Of a DNA stretch of 41,946 nucleotides, positions 17,791-26,456 are shown one piece after another; positions within the stretch are counted from its first letter, which is position 1, and every line of letters starts with the position of its first letter. This stretch comes from Vulcanimicrobiaceae bacterium. GTDB taxonomy: Bacteria; Vulcanimicrobiota; Vulcanimicrobiia; Vulcanimicrobiales; Vulcanimicrobiaceae. The translations under genes and the position numbers were made by a program. The DNA lies in the NCBI GenBank assembly GCA_049964475.1, contig JBMFXH010000001.1, positions 1 to 41,946 of the forward strand. The letters run 5' to 3'. The notes under the pieces are model-generated. The model was not told the origin of the DNA. It searched no databases and worked only from the letters and a program-made list of their open reading frames with translations.

Positions 17791-17806
17791 GAATTTTAGA
17801 AGAAGT

Positions 17807-20170
17807 ATGCGCCTACCACTCGCCTGGCTCCGTACCTACGTCGATCTTCCCGACGATGTCGATGCGATCGCCGAAAAGCTCTCGATGCTCGGATTCCCCG
17901 TGGAGAGCATCGAGCGCAAGCCCACCATTACCGGCGTCGTCGTCGGCCGAATAGCGGCGCTGGAGAAACACCCGAACGCCGACCGGCTCCAGGTCTGCAC
18001 GATCGAGATCGGCGCCGAGAAAGCGCTGACCATCGCCACCGCGGCGACGAACGTGGCCGTCGGGCAGTGGATTCCGGTCGCGCAGATCGGTGCGATCCTT
18101 CCGCATATCACCATCGCACCGCGCAAAATGCGCGGGATAGACTCCGAGGGAATGCTCTGCTCCGCCGAAGAGCTCGCGTTGCCGGCGGAGTGGTTCGAAG
18201 ACGGCATCATGCAGCTCGACGAAACGTTGCCGCTCGGCACCGATGTCGTCGCCGCATTCGGCCTCTGCGAGCCGATCCTCGAAGTGGAGATTACCTCGAA
18301 CCGCGCCGACGCGATGTCGGTTCTCGGCATCGCTCGCGAACTCGCCGCCGCCTACGGCAGTACGCTGCGGTCGCCTTCGTTCGAAAACCCGGGCACGGAT
18401 CCGACGCCGACCGATCGCGCTCCGAAGATCGACCTGCGCTCCTCCGATTGCACGCGTTTCGTCGCGCAGCGCATCGAAGGCGTTCGCGTCGCCCCCGCCC
18501 CAAGTGCGATTCGCATTCGTCTCGCGCAGGCCGGACAGCGCCCGATCGACGCGCTCGTCGATATCTCGAATTACGTGATGCTCGAAATCGGCGAGCCGCT
18601 GCATTTCTACGATGCCGACGCCGTTCCGCACGCGCACCTGATCGTGCGCGACGCGGCACCCGGCGAACGGCTGACGACGATCGACGAACGCGAGCTCGCA
18701 CTCGACGAACGCGCACTCGTCATCGCCGACGAAAACGGCATCCAGGGGCTCGCCGGCATTAAAGGCGGCAACGTCGGCGAGGTCCGCGCGAGCACGACGG
18801 CGCTGATCGTCGAAGGCGCAACCTTCGTCGGCGCGCGCATTCGACGCACGAGCGCGCGCTTTGCGTTACGCACCGAGGCCTCGGCGCGCCACGAACGGAC
18901 GCTGCCTCCTGCGCTCGCCGATGCCGGCGTTGCGCGCGCGGCATCGCTCCTCGCGAGCTTGGGTGCGAAGACTTTCGCGCCGGTCATCGTCGGCGACGCA
19001 CTTCCGAAGCCGGCGCCAATCGCGCTGCATGCGAGTGAAGTCCGAAGGCTCCTCGGCATCGATGCGTCGCCGGACTCGATCGCCTTCCATCTGCGCGCGC
19101 TTGGGTGTGAGGTAACCATCGCGGAGGATCGACTCGCGGTTCGGCCGCCGTGGTGGCGCCGCGATCTCAGCCAAAGTGTCGATCTCATCGAAGAGTACGC
19201 GCGCCTCGAGGGCTACGAACGTATTCCCGAGGCTTTGCCCTGCGTTCCGGCAACGGAGATTTCGAGTGCGCGCTATCGGCGCGAGCGCGATGCCGCGCAT
19301 CTGCTCGAAGCCCTCGGGTATCGCGAGGTGCTCACGTATTCGTTAATCGGTGAATCGTTGCTCGCTACGCTCGCCAAGGGTGGGCTCGACGAACGCTCGC
19401 GCAGCGTCGAAGTTGCAAACCCGCTCTCCGAAGAGCAGCGCTATCTGCGCGCTTCGCTCGAAGCCGGGCTCCTCGCCTATCTTGCGCGCCGCGACGAACG
19501 CGCTGCGATCTTCGAAATCGGGCATGCCTTTTCGCGCGGCGAAAACACCGTGCTGGAGACCCCGACGATCGCGCTTGCGCTCGCAGCCGATGCGAGCGAA
19601 GGGCCCGACTGGCAAGACCGAGGCTTCATGCAACTGAAGAGCGATGCACTCGCGCTGCTCGCGCGTCTTACCGGGCGCTCGATCTCGGTTGCAAGCGGCA
19701 CCCATCGCTTTTTGCACCCGGGGATCTGCGCGGAGCTCGCCATCGAGGGCCGCCCGGTCGGCGTGGTCGGCCGGGTGCACCCGTATCTCGCGCAGAGTTT
19801 TGCGCTCGCGCGTCCGGTCTATCTCGCCGCATTCACCCTCGATGCGCTGGCCGAGTTTCGCGCGCCGATCTATACTCCGCCGTCGAAATTTCCGGCAACC
19901 TACCGCGACCTCGCGCTCGTGCTTTCGCCGGAGGTCGAGGCCGCCGCGGTCGAACGCATCGCGCGGGAGGCGGTTGGTGCGGATTGCGTCGGCGTCCGTG
20001 TCTTCGACGAATACCGCGGAGCACAGGTCGGTAGTGACAAGAAGAGCCTCGCGGTGCGGATTACCCTGCAAAGCCCGAACGAAACGCTGACCGACGCGGT
20101 CGTCGACGAGCGGATCGGAGCGGCGATCGCTCGTCTCCACGACGAACTCGGAGCGACCGTCCGCCGGTGA
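17807..20170 (+). CDS. pheT: phenylalanine--tRNA ligase beta subunit
   Basis: MRLPLAWLRTYVDLP..., the tRNA-binding domain (HPNADRLQVC), and B3/4, B5 and FDX-ACB-like regions. The track start at 17693 overlaps pheS and is rejected. Confidence 0.95.
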   Translation: MRLPLAWLRTYVDLPDDVDAIAEKLSMLGFPVESIERKPTITGVVVGRIAALEKHPNADRLQVCTIEIGAEKALTIATAATNVAVGQWIPVAQIGAILPHITIAPRKMRGIDSEGMLCSAEELALPAEWFEDGIMQLDETLPLGTDVVAAFGLCEPILEVEITSNRADAMSVLGIARELAAAYGSTLRSPSFENPGTDPTPTDRAPKIDLRSSDCTRFVAQRIEGVRVAPAPSAIRIRLAQAGQRPIDALVDISNYVMLEIGEPLHFYDADAVPHAHLIVRDAAPGERLTTIDERELALDERALVIADENGIQGLAGIKGGNVGEVRASTTALIVEGATFVGARIRRTSARFALRTEASARHERTLPPALADAGVARAASLLASLGAKTFAPVIVGDALPKPAPIALHASEVRRLLGIDASPDSIAFHLRALGCEVTIAEDRLAVRPPWWRRDLSQSVDLIEEYARLEGYERIPEALPCVPATEISSARYRRERDAAHLLEALGYREVLTYSLIGESLLATLAKGGLDERSRSVEVANPLSEEQRYLRASLEAGLLAYLARRDERAAIFEIGHAFSRGENTVLETPTIALALAADASEGPDWQDRGFMQLKSDALALLARLTGRSISVASGTHRFLHPGICAELAIEGRPVGVVGRVHPYLAQSFALARPVYLAAFTLDALAEFRAPIYTPPSKFPATYRDLALVLSPEVEAAAVERIAREAVGADCVGVRVFDEYRGAQVGSDKKSLAVRITLQSPNETLTDAVVDERIGAAIARLHDELGATVRR

Positions 20171-20703
20171 GTTTCGCCTGGCCCGACATCGTCATCGGTG
20201 CGATCCTCATCATCGCCGCGTTTCGCGGCTGGCGGCGAGGGCTCATCGGCGAACTCGCCGGAGCGATCGCGCTCTTTGCCGGGTTACTCGCACCGTGGTA
20301 TTACAACGGTTCCGCCGATACGACGATCGCCAACCTCACGCACGTCGGTCCCGGTTCGGCCCACGTGATCGGCATGTTTCTCACCGGCGTCGCCGCCTAC
20401 GCAATCGTGATGGCGCTGGCGTGGGCGCTCGAGCGGGTAGCGAAGCTTCCCGGACTCGGTTTGCTCAACAGCAGCATCGGCGCCCTCATCGCGCTGGCAA
20501 AAGGAATCGTCTTTCTTTGGTTGCTGCTCTATGTCGCGCTCTTCTTTCCGCTCTCGCCGGATCTCCGCCGCGATCTCGGACGCTCGAGTTTAGCGACCAT
20601 GCTCGTGCAACCCGATGCGCGCATCGATGCGGCGCTGCAGGCGCACGAGCCCTGGTTCGCGCGACCGTTCACGAAATCGCTCTTCAATCGGCATCGGCTG
20701 TAA
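20167..20703 (+). CDS. cvpA: CvpA family membrane protein
   Basis: N-terminus DIVIGAILIIAAFRGWRRGLIGEL and four TM helices. The GTG start overlaps the pheT stop (GTGA). Confidence 0.8.
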   Translation: MSFAWPDIVIGAILIIAAFRGWRRGLIGELAGAIALFAGLLAPWYYNGSADTTIANLTHVGPGSAHVIGMFLTGVAAYAIVMALAWALERVAKLPGLGLLNSSIGALIALAKGIVFLWLLLYVALFFPLSPDLRRDLGRSSLATMLVQPDARIDAALQAHEPWFARPFTKSLFNRHRL

Positions 20704-20789
20704 GCAAACCGTGAGTTCGTTCCGTACGCTTGCGATGATCGGCGTCGCCGTTCTCTCCTACGTCCGCGAATAAGCAACACGCATCGGCG

Positions 20790-21785
20790 TCAGCATTTAT
20801 ACCAAGCGGCCTGCTCCACGGCGAGCGGCGGCACTTTGGCCGGACCGACATACGTGCAGGTCTTTTTAGGGAAATGTATTTTGAGATTGACGTGATAAAA
20901 TATTACATTTTCGATCGTCTGCGAGCCGACCACCGTTAGGGTTTTACTCGGATCGATTTTGCATGACGCCGGTTTTCCGGCCTTTGCAGCGGTGCATTTG
21001 AGTTTCGTTCCCCCGCTCTTGATCTTCACCAATGTGGGCGGAAGCATGATCACCGATCCACGCTCGAAACCGTACAATTCTATTTTTTTTGAACACGAGC
21101 GCGTGAAAGCGGTCTGATGCATTTTCTCCATGCCGTACGCCGGCGCCGACCCGGTGACGGCGATCGGCCCGGCCAAGAACACGGCGATCGGTAACGGGGT
21201 GCTATCGCTGCTCCCCTTCGACGTGATGTGCGCGACTCCGAAGAGAAGAAAGTTCGGCAATCCGTCGGCATCGGTTCGCTCGATACCGAATTGCGGCTGC
21301 CAATGCATCGTTACGTCGTAGCTGCCGCAGTTCGGCACCGGCTCGATGTCGCGGATGGAAATCGTACTGCCGCGCAGGTCGAGTTTCGTATATCCCTTGA
21401 CGTGCTTCCCGTTGTAGATGAGGATGCTTGCGTCAGCCGAACAGCGCGCGCCGTCGGCGTACGCGAGCAACAGCCGAATGGTATAGCGCTTCGTCATCGT
21501 CGCCTTCGGCACCGGATAGCGATGATGGACGATCGCACCGGCGCTTCGACCCGCAGCCGAACTGCCGTCGCCGAAAAACCACGCACGCGACGTTACTCGC
21601 GCCCCCGGCGGACCGGTGCTCTTATCTGCTATCGCAACCGAACTCCCACCGGTCGCGCTGCCGGGAGCGGCGATACGAGCGCGACAGGTCGGAACTCCCG
21701 CCGCTTCCGCCGAGACGTGAAAGACCGCCGCCGACGACAGCACGAGCGTTGCGGACAGTAACGCATAGAGCGCGCGCCGTATCAT
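20790..21785 (-). CDS. secreted PKD-domain protein with a Cys/Lys-rich C-terminal region
   Basis: Signal peptide MIRRALYALLSATLVLSSAAVFHVSAEAAG. PKD-like signature WFFGDGSSAAG...HHRY...YTIRLLL. Its ATG overlaps the stop of the upstream lipoprotein gene (ATGA). Confidence 0.7.
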   Translation of the reverse strand: MIRRALYALLSATLVLSSAAVFHVSAEAAGVPTCRARIAAPGSATGGSSVAIADKSTGPPGARVTSRAWFFGDGSSAAGRSAGAIVHHRYPVPKATMTKRYTIRLLLAYADGARCSADASILIYNGKHVKGYTKLDLRGSTISIRDIEPVPNCGSYDVTMHWQPQFGIERTDADGLPNFLLFGVAHITSKGSSDSTPLPIAVFLAGPIAVTGSAPAYGMEKMHQTAFTRSCSKKIELYGFERGSVIMLPPTLVKIKSGGTKLKCTAAKAGKPASCKIDPSKTLTVVGSQTIENVIFYHVNLKIHFPKKTCTYVGPAKVPPLAVEQAAWYKC

Positions 21786-23452
21786 GGAACGATTGCAACT
21801 CCCTCGGCATAGGAGAGGCCGGTCGCGCTGCCCGTTATCGTGCGGATCGGCGCTTGGGGGCTACCGGTTACCGGCGCAAAGACCTCGACCTCATTCGACC
21901 TTCCGAACACGTAGAGATCGTTCGACTGATCGACGGCGATAAGCGCTTGATCGATGAGAAAGTCGTAGGTACCTCCCTGGATGACGGCCGACGGAACGAC
22001 GTTTCCGTTCGAACCCGGGGGGTAGACGGTAATCGTATCGTTGCCGGAATTCCCGACGTAGATTCTTCCCGTCGAATCGACCGCGAGCGCTTCGGGGCCG
22101 TCGAGCCCGGTAGCGTTGCCGCCGATCGTTGCAATGGGTGTCGCATTGCCGCTCGCTCCGGCAGCGTATTCGACGACCGATCCGAAGCCGTTTCCGTTGA
22201 CGACGTAGATATTGTCGCTGCCGTCAAACGCGACTTGGTAGGGCAGATTGAGCCCGGTGTTGCTCCCCGATATCGTTTTGACCGGACTCGCCGAACCGGT
22301 GGCACCCGGCGCAAAGTACTCGACGATATTATTATTTGCATCGGTTGCAACGAGATCGTCGGTCACCGGTTCGATCCCCAATGCCCACGCGTGGATATCG
22401 CTTGTTAGCGTCGTCGATGGAGAAGCGTTTCCGCTTGCCCCGTAAGCATAAGAGTAGATGTCGGTTCCGCTCTGCGTATATCCAACCACGTAGGCGCGCC
22501 CCGTGGCATCGACGGCGATGCCGGTCGGCGATTGAATCGAAGCGTTAAAGCTTGCGGTCGGTGCGACATTTCCATTCGCGCCCGGCGCGAACGCAGCAAA
22601 CGTATAGGTGCTCGTTTGGCTTAACGCATAGAGCGTCCCGGCCGTCGGTGCGGGGGCCGCAGTCGGCGTTGCGGTCGGTGCAACCGTCGGTGTTGCCGTC
22701 GGTGCAACGGTCGGCGTTGCCGTCGGTGCAACGGTCGGCGTTGCGGTCGGCGTTGCGGTCGGCGTTGCGGTCGGCGCAACCGTCGGCGATGCGGACGGCG
22801 ACGCAGAGGCCGAACTCGATGGAAGCGGCGACGGCGTTGCGGTCGCACCGGTGGCGACCTCGTAGAGCTCGATCAGATAGGTCACCCCGGCATCGAGCGT
22901 CAACGGCGTCGCGCTTCCGGCGAACGTTATGGTCGATCCGGAGATCGTCGCCGGTCCCAAGCTTGCCAGAAGTGGGGCTTGGGCGTTCTCACCCGAGAAC
23001 ATCGCGATGTAGAAGGCCTCGTTGACCGTCGAGATTTCCGTCGGCAATTCAATCGAAAAGCTCGGTGTGCTCGTGAACGTCACGCTCTGCGACACCTGAA
23101 TCGTCAACACGAAGAGTACCGTCGGCGCCAAAGTCGCTTGCGGCGAACGCGGAACCTGCGTGCGATGAAGGGCCTGCGGGGTCGGCGCGCCCGCGGGTGC
23201 AGCGGTCGTTGCCGCAATCGATATCGTCGTTCCGGTCGGCGCATTATTGGTTGGGAGTTGCAGGATACCGGCGTAGCCGCCGGCGGTCGGAAGCACGACC
23301 GGGCCGCCGGCCTGGCTCAACTTCAAGGCCGTCGGGCCCGCAGGCGCCGACATCGGCGGAATCGCCTGCGGCCCCCCGCCGCCTCCGCAGCCCCCAAGCA
23401 CGGCGATCGCCCCGTAGAAGGCGAGGACGAAAAAAAGACTGCTGCGTCGCAT
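21782..23452 (-). CDS. lipoprotein with Pro/Thr linker and C-terminal NHL-like beta-propeller repeats
   Basis: Lipobox MRRSSLFFVLAFYGAIAVLGGC, followed by a Gly run. The C-terminal half carries a recurring unit of the form (Y/F)ApGAsGNxxPxxxIxG..TGL..P..vAvD..G.iYV. Start trimmed to ATG 23452. Confidence 0.75.
   Translation of the reverse strand: MRRSSLFFVLAFYGAIAVLGGCGGGGGPQAIPPMSAPAGPTALKLSQAGGPVVLPTAGGYAGILQLPTNNAPTGTTISIAATTAAPAGAPTPQALHRTQVPRSPQATLAPTVLFVLTIQVSQSVTFTSTPSFSIELPTEISTVNEAFYIAMFSGENAQAPLLASLGPATISGSTITFAGSATPLTLDAGVTYLIELYEVATGATATPSPLPSSSASASPSASPTVAPTATPTATPTATPTVAPTATPTVAPTATPTVAPTATPTAAPAPTAGTLYALSQTSTYTFAAFAPGANGNVAPTASFNASIQSPTGIAVDATGRAYVVGYTQSGTDIYSYAYGASGNASPSTTLTSDIHAWALGIEPVTDDLVATDANNNIVEYFAPGATGSASPVKTISGSNTGLNLPYQVAFDGSDNIYVVNGNGFGSVVEYAAGASGNATPIATIGGNATGLDGPEALAVDSTGRIYVGNSGNDTITVYPPGSNGNVVPSAVIQGGTYDFLIDQALIAVDQSNDLYVFGRSNEVEVFAPVTGSPQAPIRTITGSATGLSYAEGVAIVP
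22661..22790 (-). repeat. 12/24-nt tandem repeat encoding a (TPTA/TPTV) linker
   Basis: The motif gttgcggtcggc and its variants are iterated. The translation is SPTVAPTATPTATPTATPTVAPTATPTVAPTATPTVAPTATPTAAP. Confidence 0.9.
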
Positions 23453-23566
23453 CGGTCGATGATCTCCAGTCGGCGGTGTTTCCACGCAGCGTAGAGCGAC
23501 GATCTTACATTCCCCTTAGCTCGCGGACGGGAGCGCGGTGCGGGGACAAGAAGAGTAAGCAAGCCC

Positions 23567-25696
23567 ATGACGGCTGCAACGCTCGCGCTCGCCCTTGCTA
23601 TGGCCTGGCTCCACCCGGCTCTCGCCCCCTGCGTGCGCTTCGTGCGGCGAGAACCAACGACGGTGGGAAGTTCGCTCCAACGAGTCACACTCGCAGCCCC
23701 GCGGGAGAGTGGCCCGTGGGAAATTTTTGCCCCCCCTGGAAGCCGCGCCGCCCTCGCCTATCGCAAGCGACCCTCCGGCCGGAGAAGCTCGCTTTTCGAC
23801 GACGAGATTCCCGACGACGGTCACGTGCTCTATGGTGGGCCGCCGGCGCTGACCATCCCGAATTCGTGGGCCCGACAGTCGTTTTTCGTGCGCGTCTTTT
23901 CAACGAGGACGAGCCGCGGTTGCATTCGTGCGGCCCCCGTTTCGTACGTCCTTCGCAACGAGCCCGGACACGTGCCGCTCTATCTCTATTTTGGGCTGCT
24001 CGGCGGGACCGCACTGACGATGTTCGCGCTCTTCGTCATGTCGGGAGAGCCGTTCATCGGCTGGTATCTCGCCTATCTGTGCTCGCTCATTCTCTATCAA
24101 TTATTCCGCAACGATATTCTATGGCGGCTTGGGTGGCCGTTCGGTCCATGGCATAGCGGGGAGATCGAATACGTCCTGTGGGGCCCGAACGTGGCCTTCT
24201 ACGCACAGTTCGCGCGTTCGTTTCTTCAAACCGCGCGTTATGCGCGACGAATCGACCGACTGCTCATCTTCTGTATCGTCGCACTACTGGGCTACCTTCC
24301 CGTTGTCGTTCTAATCCGGCATTTGACGGCAGTCGATCTCAACCCGCAAAGCGTCGTTCCCATTGCGTTGATGCTCGCGGTATCGGTGCTGGTCGTCGCC
24401 GCAACGATCGGCCGGGCACGCAGCGGTTACCGGCCGGCGCGATATTTTTTACTGAGTTACCCGATTCTGCTTCTTTTCGTGTGCATCGCCGTGTGGCAAT
24501 ACATCGTCGGCGTTCACAGCGGCATCGGCCTCTACGGGGCCGAGATAGGGACCGGAAGCGAGTGCATTTTGCTCGCTTTCGCAATCGGCGACCGACTGCG
24601 TCTCGAACGTACGCTGGGGCGCGTGCTTTCGGCACTCGACACCATTGTCGTGCGTGTTGGGCGAGACGGGTGCGTTCGCTACGCCACGTCAAACGTTGAA
24701 TCGTTGCTCGGACGAACGAGCGAAGCGTTGCTCGGGAAACACATCGCCGAAATTACCTCGATCCGGGAGGGTGCACTCGCAACGAAGTTGGCCCGCGTGG
24801 CGATCCGCGCGGAATCGGCCGGTCGCGCCGTCTGCGAGCTCACACTGCGCGATCGCTACGGCACGGAAAAGCGCTTCGTCGCCAACCTGTATGTCGAACG
24901 CGACACCTCGCAAGCGATTACGGAGATTCAAGTCGCACTCCAGCCGGCGCCCGCCGAAAACACCGCCTTCGAGCGATCGCCGCGTGCGGTTTCGCCGAAC
25001 GCGATGGTGCGTTTGAGCGTTTATCGCGGACTTCTGGCGGTCGATTCCGCGACGATCGGCGTCACCGGCCGTGAAATCGAGGTGCTCGTCTATCTCGCAC
25101 TTCACTCCGCACCGGTGCCGAGCGGGCAAATCGCCGCCGCGCTCTGGCCCGATCGCGATGCGCATGCGGCGAGCAGCGCGCTGCAAACAACGATCTCGCG
25201 CTTGCGGAAAAAGCTTCCGCCCGATTCGATCGTGGCGTCCCGACGCCTGTACGCCCTCGGTGCTGCGATGCGCTCCGATCTTGACGAACTGCAAGCCGCA
25301 GTGCGCGCCGAAAATATCGAGGAGCTGCAGCGCCTTCGGCCGCTCGTCGTCGGCACGATCCCAACGACGTTGCGCCACCGAGAGTGGTTTGCCGACTTCG
25401 AGACCTGGCTGGAGAGCATTCGGCGCGACGCGTTGCTGCAACTCGGCGAGGCGCTACTGGCGAGCGGCGATCCCTCGGCGTCGCTCGGCATCGCCGAGGA
25501 TCTTCGTCGGCTCGATCCATGCGACGAGAGCGGCTACCTGCTCGCCGTTCGCGCCCTTCTCGCCTCCGACGACCAGGTGGGCGTGCAGCGCATGTATGCC
25601 GACTGTCGCCACGCACTGAAACGTGGCCTGGGGCTTGCACCCTCGCCGCAATTCGAACAATTTTGCCGTCAAGCCGGCGCGATGGAGCGGTTGTGA
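23567..25696 (+). CDS. membrane receptor (7TM, 7TMR-DISM-like) + PAS + SARP-type winged-helix/BTAD transcriptional regulator
   Basis: The N-terminal ~130 aa are extracytoplasmic and are followed by about seven hydrophobic helices (residues ~135-350). Next comes a PAS-like block (LDTIVVRVGRDGCVRYATSNVESLLGR). The wHTH reads GREIEVLVYLALHSAPVPSGQIAAALWPDRD...TISRLRKKL. The tail is BTAD-like (LLASGDPSASLGIAEDLRRLDPCDESGYLLAVRALL...MYADCRHALKRGLGLAPS). Confidence 0.7.
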   Translation: MTAATLALALAMAWLHPALAPCVRFVRREPTTVGSSLQRVTLAAPRESGPWEIFAPPGSRAALAYRKRPSGRRSSLFDDEIPDDGHVLYGGPPALTIPNSWARQSFFVRVFSTRTSRGCIRAAPVSYVLRNEPGHVPLYLYFGLLGGTALTMFALFVMSGEPFIGWYLAYLCSLILYQLFRNDILWRLGWPFGPWHSGEIEYVLWGPNVAFYAQFARSFLQTARYARRIDRLLIFCIVALLGYLPVVVLIRHLTAVDLNPQSVVPIALMLAVSVLVVAATIGRARSGYRPARYFLLSYPILLLFVCIAVWQYIVGVHSGIGLYGAEIGTGSECILLAFAIGDRLRLERTLGRVLSALDTIVVRVGRDGCVRYATSNVESLLGRTSEALLGKHIAEITSIREGALATKLARVAIRAESAGRAVCELTLRDRYGTEKRFVANLYVERDTSQAITEIQVALQPAPAENTAFERSPRAVSPNAMVRLSVYRGLLAVDSATIGVTGREIEVLVYLALHSAPVPSGQIAAALWPDRDAHAASSALQTTISRLRKKLPPDSIVASRRLYALGAAMRSDLDELQAAVRAENIEELQRLRPLVVGTIPTTLRHREWFADFETWLESIRRDALLQLGEALLASGDPSASLGIAEDLRRLDPCDESGYLLAVRALLASDDQVGVQRMYADCRHALKRGLGLAPSPQFEQFCRQAGAMERL

Positions 25697-25731
25697 CCGT
25701 TTTGTAAGAGCTCGCGCCTAGGCTTTGGGAG

Positions 25732-26454
25732 ATGACCGAAGCGAGGATCGATCTCCAACTGCTCCCCGGCTACGCTATGTACGGCGACGAGCGAATCGTG
25801 CTTACTCCCGGCGAACGGGAGCTGCTGCTTGCACTCGCCCTCCACCGGCGCGGCATCTGTGCCGACCGCCTCGCGGAGGTGCTCTGGCCGCACGCCACAG
25901 AAGCGGTCGCCAAGAATCGGCTCTATGTAGCGCTCCACCGCATCCGGCGCCGCCTGGGCGAGGATTTGCTCTTGGCGCACGCCCATTGCTATCGACTCGA
26001 CGACGCGCGCACCGACGTCGATCTCTGGGCGCTCGCCGAACGGTGGGACGCACCCGACCAGCATGCCTGCGACGAGCTTGCAGAGCGACTCGAGAACGCT
26101 ATGAATGCCGCCCTGCTTTACGAGATCCCCGAGTGGCTCGCGCCGACCTATCGGCGACTCGAGGAGTTTCGACAGTCGGTCGTGACGGCGCTCGCCGAGC
26201 GCGCGCTCTGCAACGGAGAGATCGAACGGTCGATGCACCTCGCGCGGCGCGCCCTCGCCTTCGACGAATGCGACGAGCGAGCATGGGCAATCCTCATCCG
26301 CTCTCGTCTGATCGCGCACGACCGACTCGGAGCCCTTCGCGAATACCGTACCTACTCGCGCGCCGTTATGCGCGAACTGCAGGCCGCACCGGCCTACGAG
26401 CTCGCGCATCTCTTCGGCGAAAGCCTCGCTTCGCCGACACTCATCAATCCGTAA
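25732..26454 (+). CDS. stand-alone SARP family regulator (wHTH + BTAD)
   Basis: IDLQLLPGYAMYGDERIVLTPGERELLLALALHRRGICADRLAEVLWPHAT...LYVALHRIRRRL, then a BTAD-like segment ERAWAILIRSRLIAHDRLGALREYRTYSRAVMRELQAAP. Confidence 0.75.
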   Translation: MTEARIDLQLLPGYAMYGDERIVLTPGERELLLALALHRRGICADRLAEVLWPHATEAVAKNRLYVALHRIRRRLGEDLLLAHAHCYRLDDARTDVDLWALAERWDAPDQHACDELAERLENAMNAALLYEIPEWLAPTYRRLEEFRQSVVTALAERALCNGEIERSMHLARRALAFDECDERAWAILIRSRLIAHDRLGALREYRTYSRAVMRELQAAPAYELAHLFGESLASPTLINP

Positions 26455-26456
26455 CG

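Noticed and set aside
17693-17806. Upstream start for pheT overlapping pheS
   Set aside because: The conserved PheT N-terminus is MRLPLAWL at 17807. The extension is just the alternate frame of the pheS 3' end.
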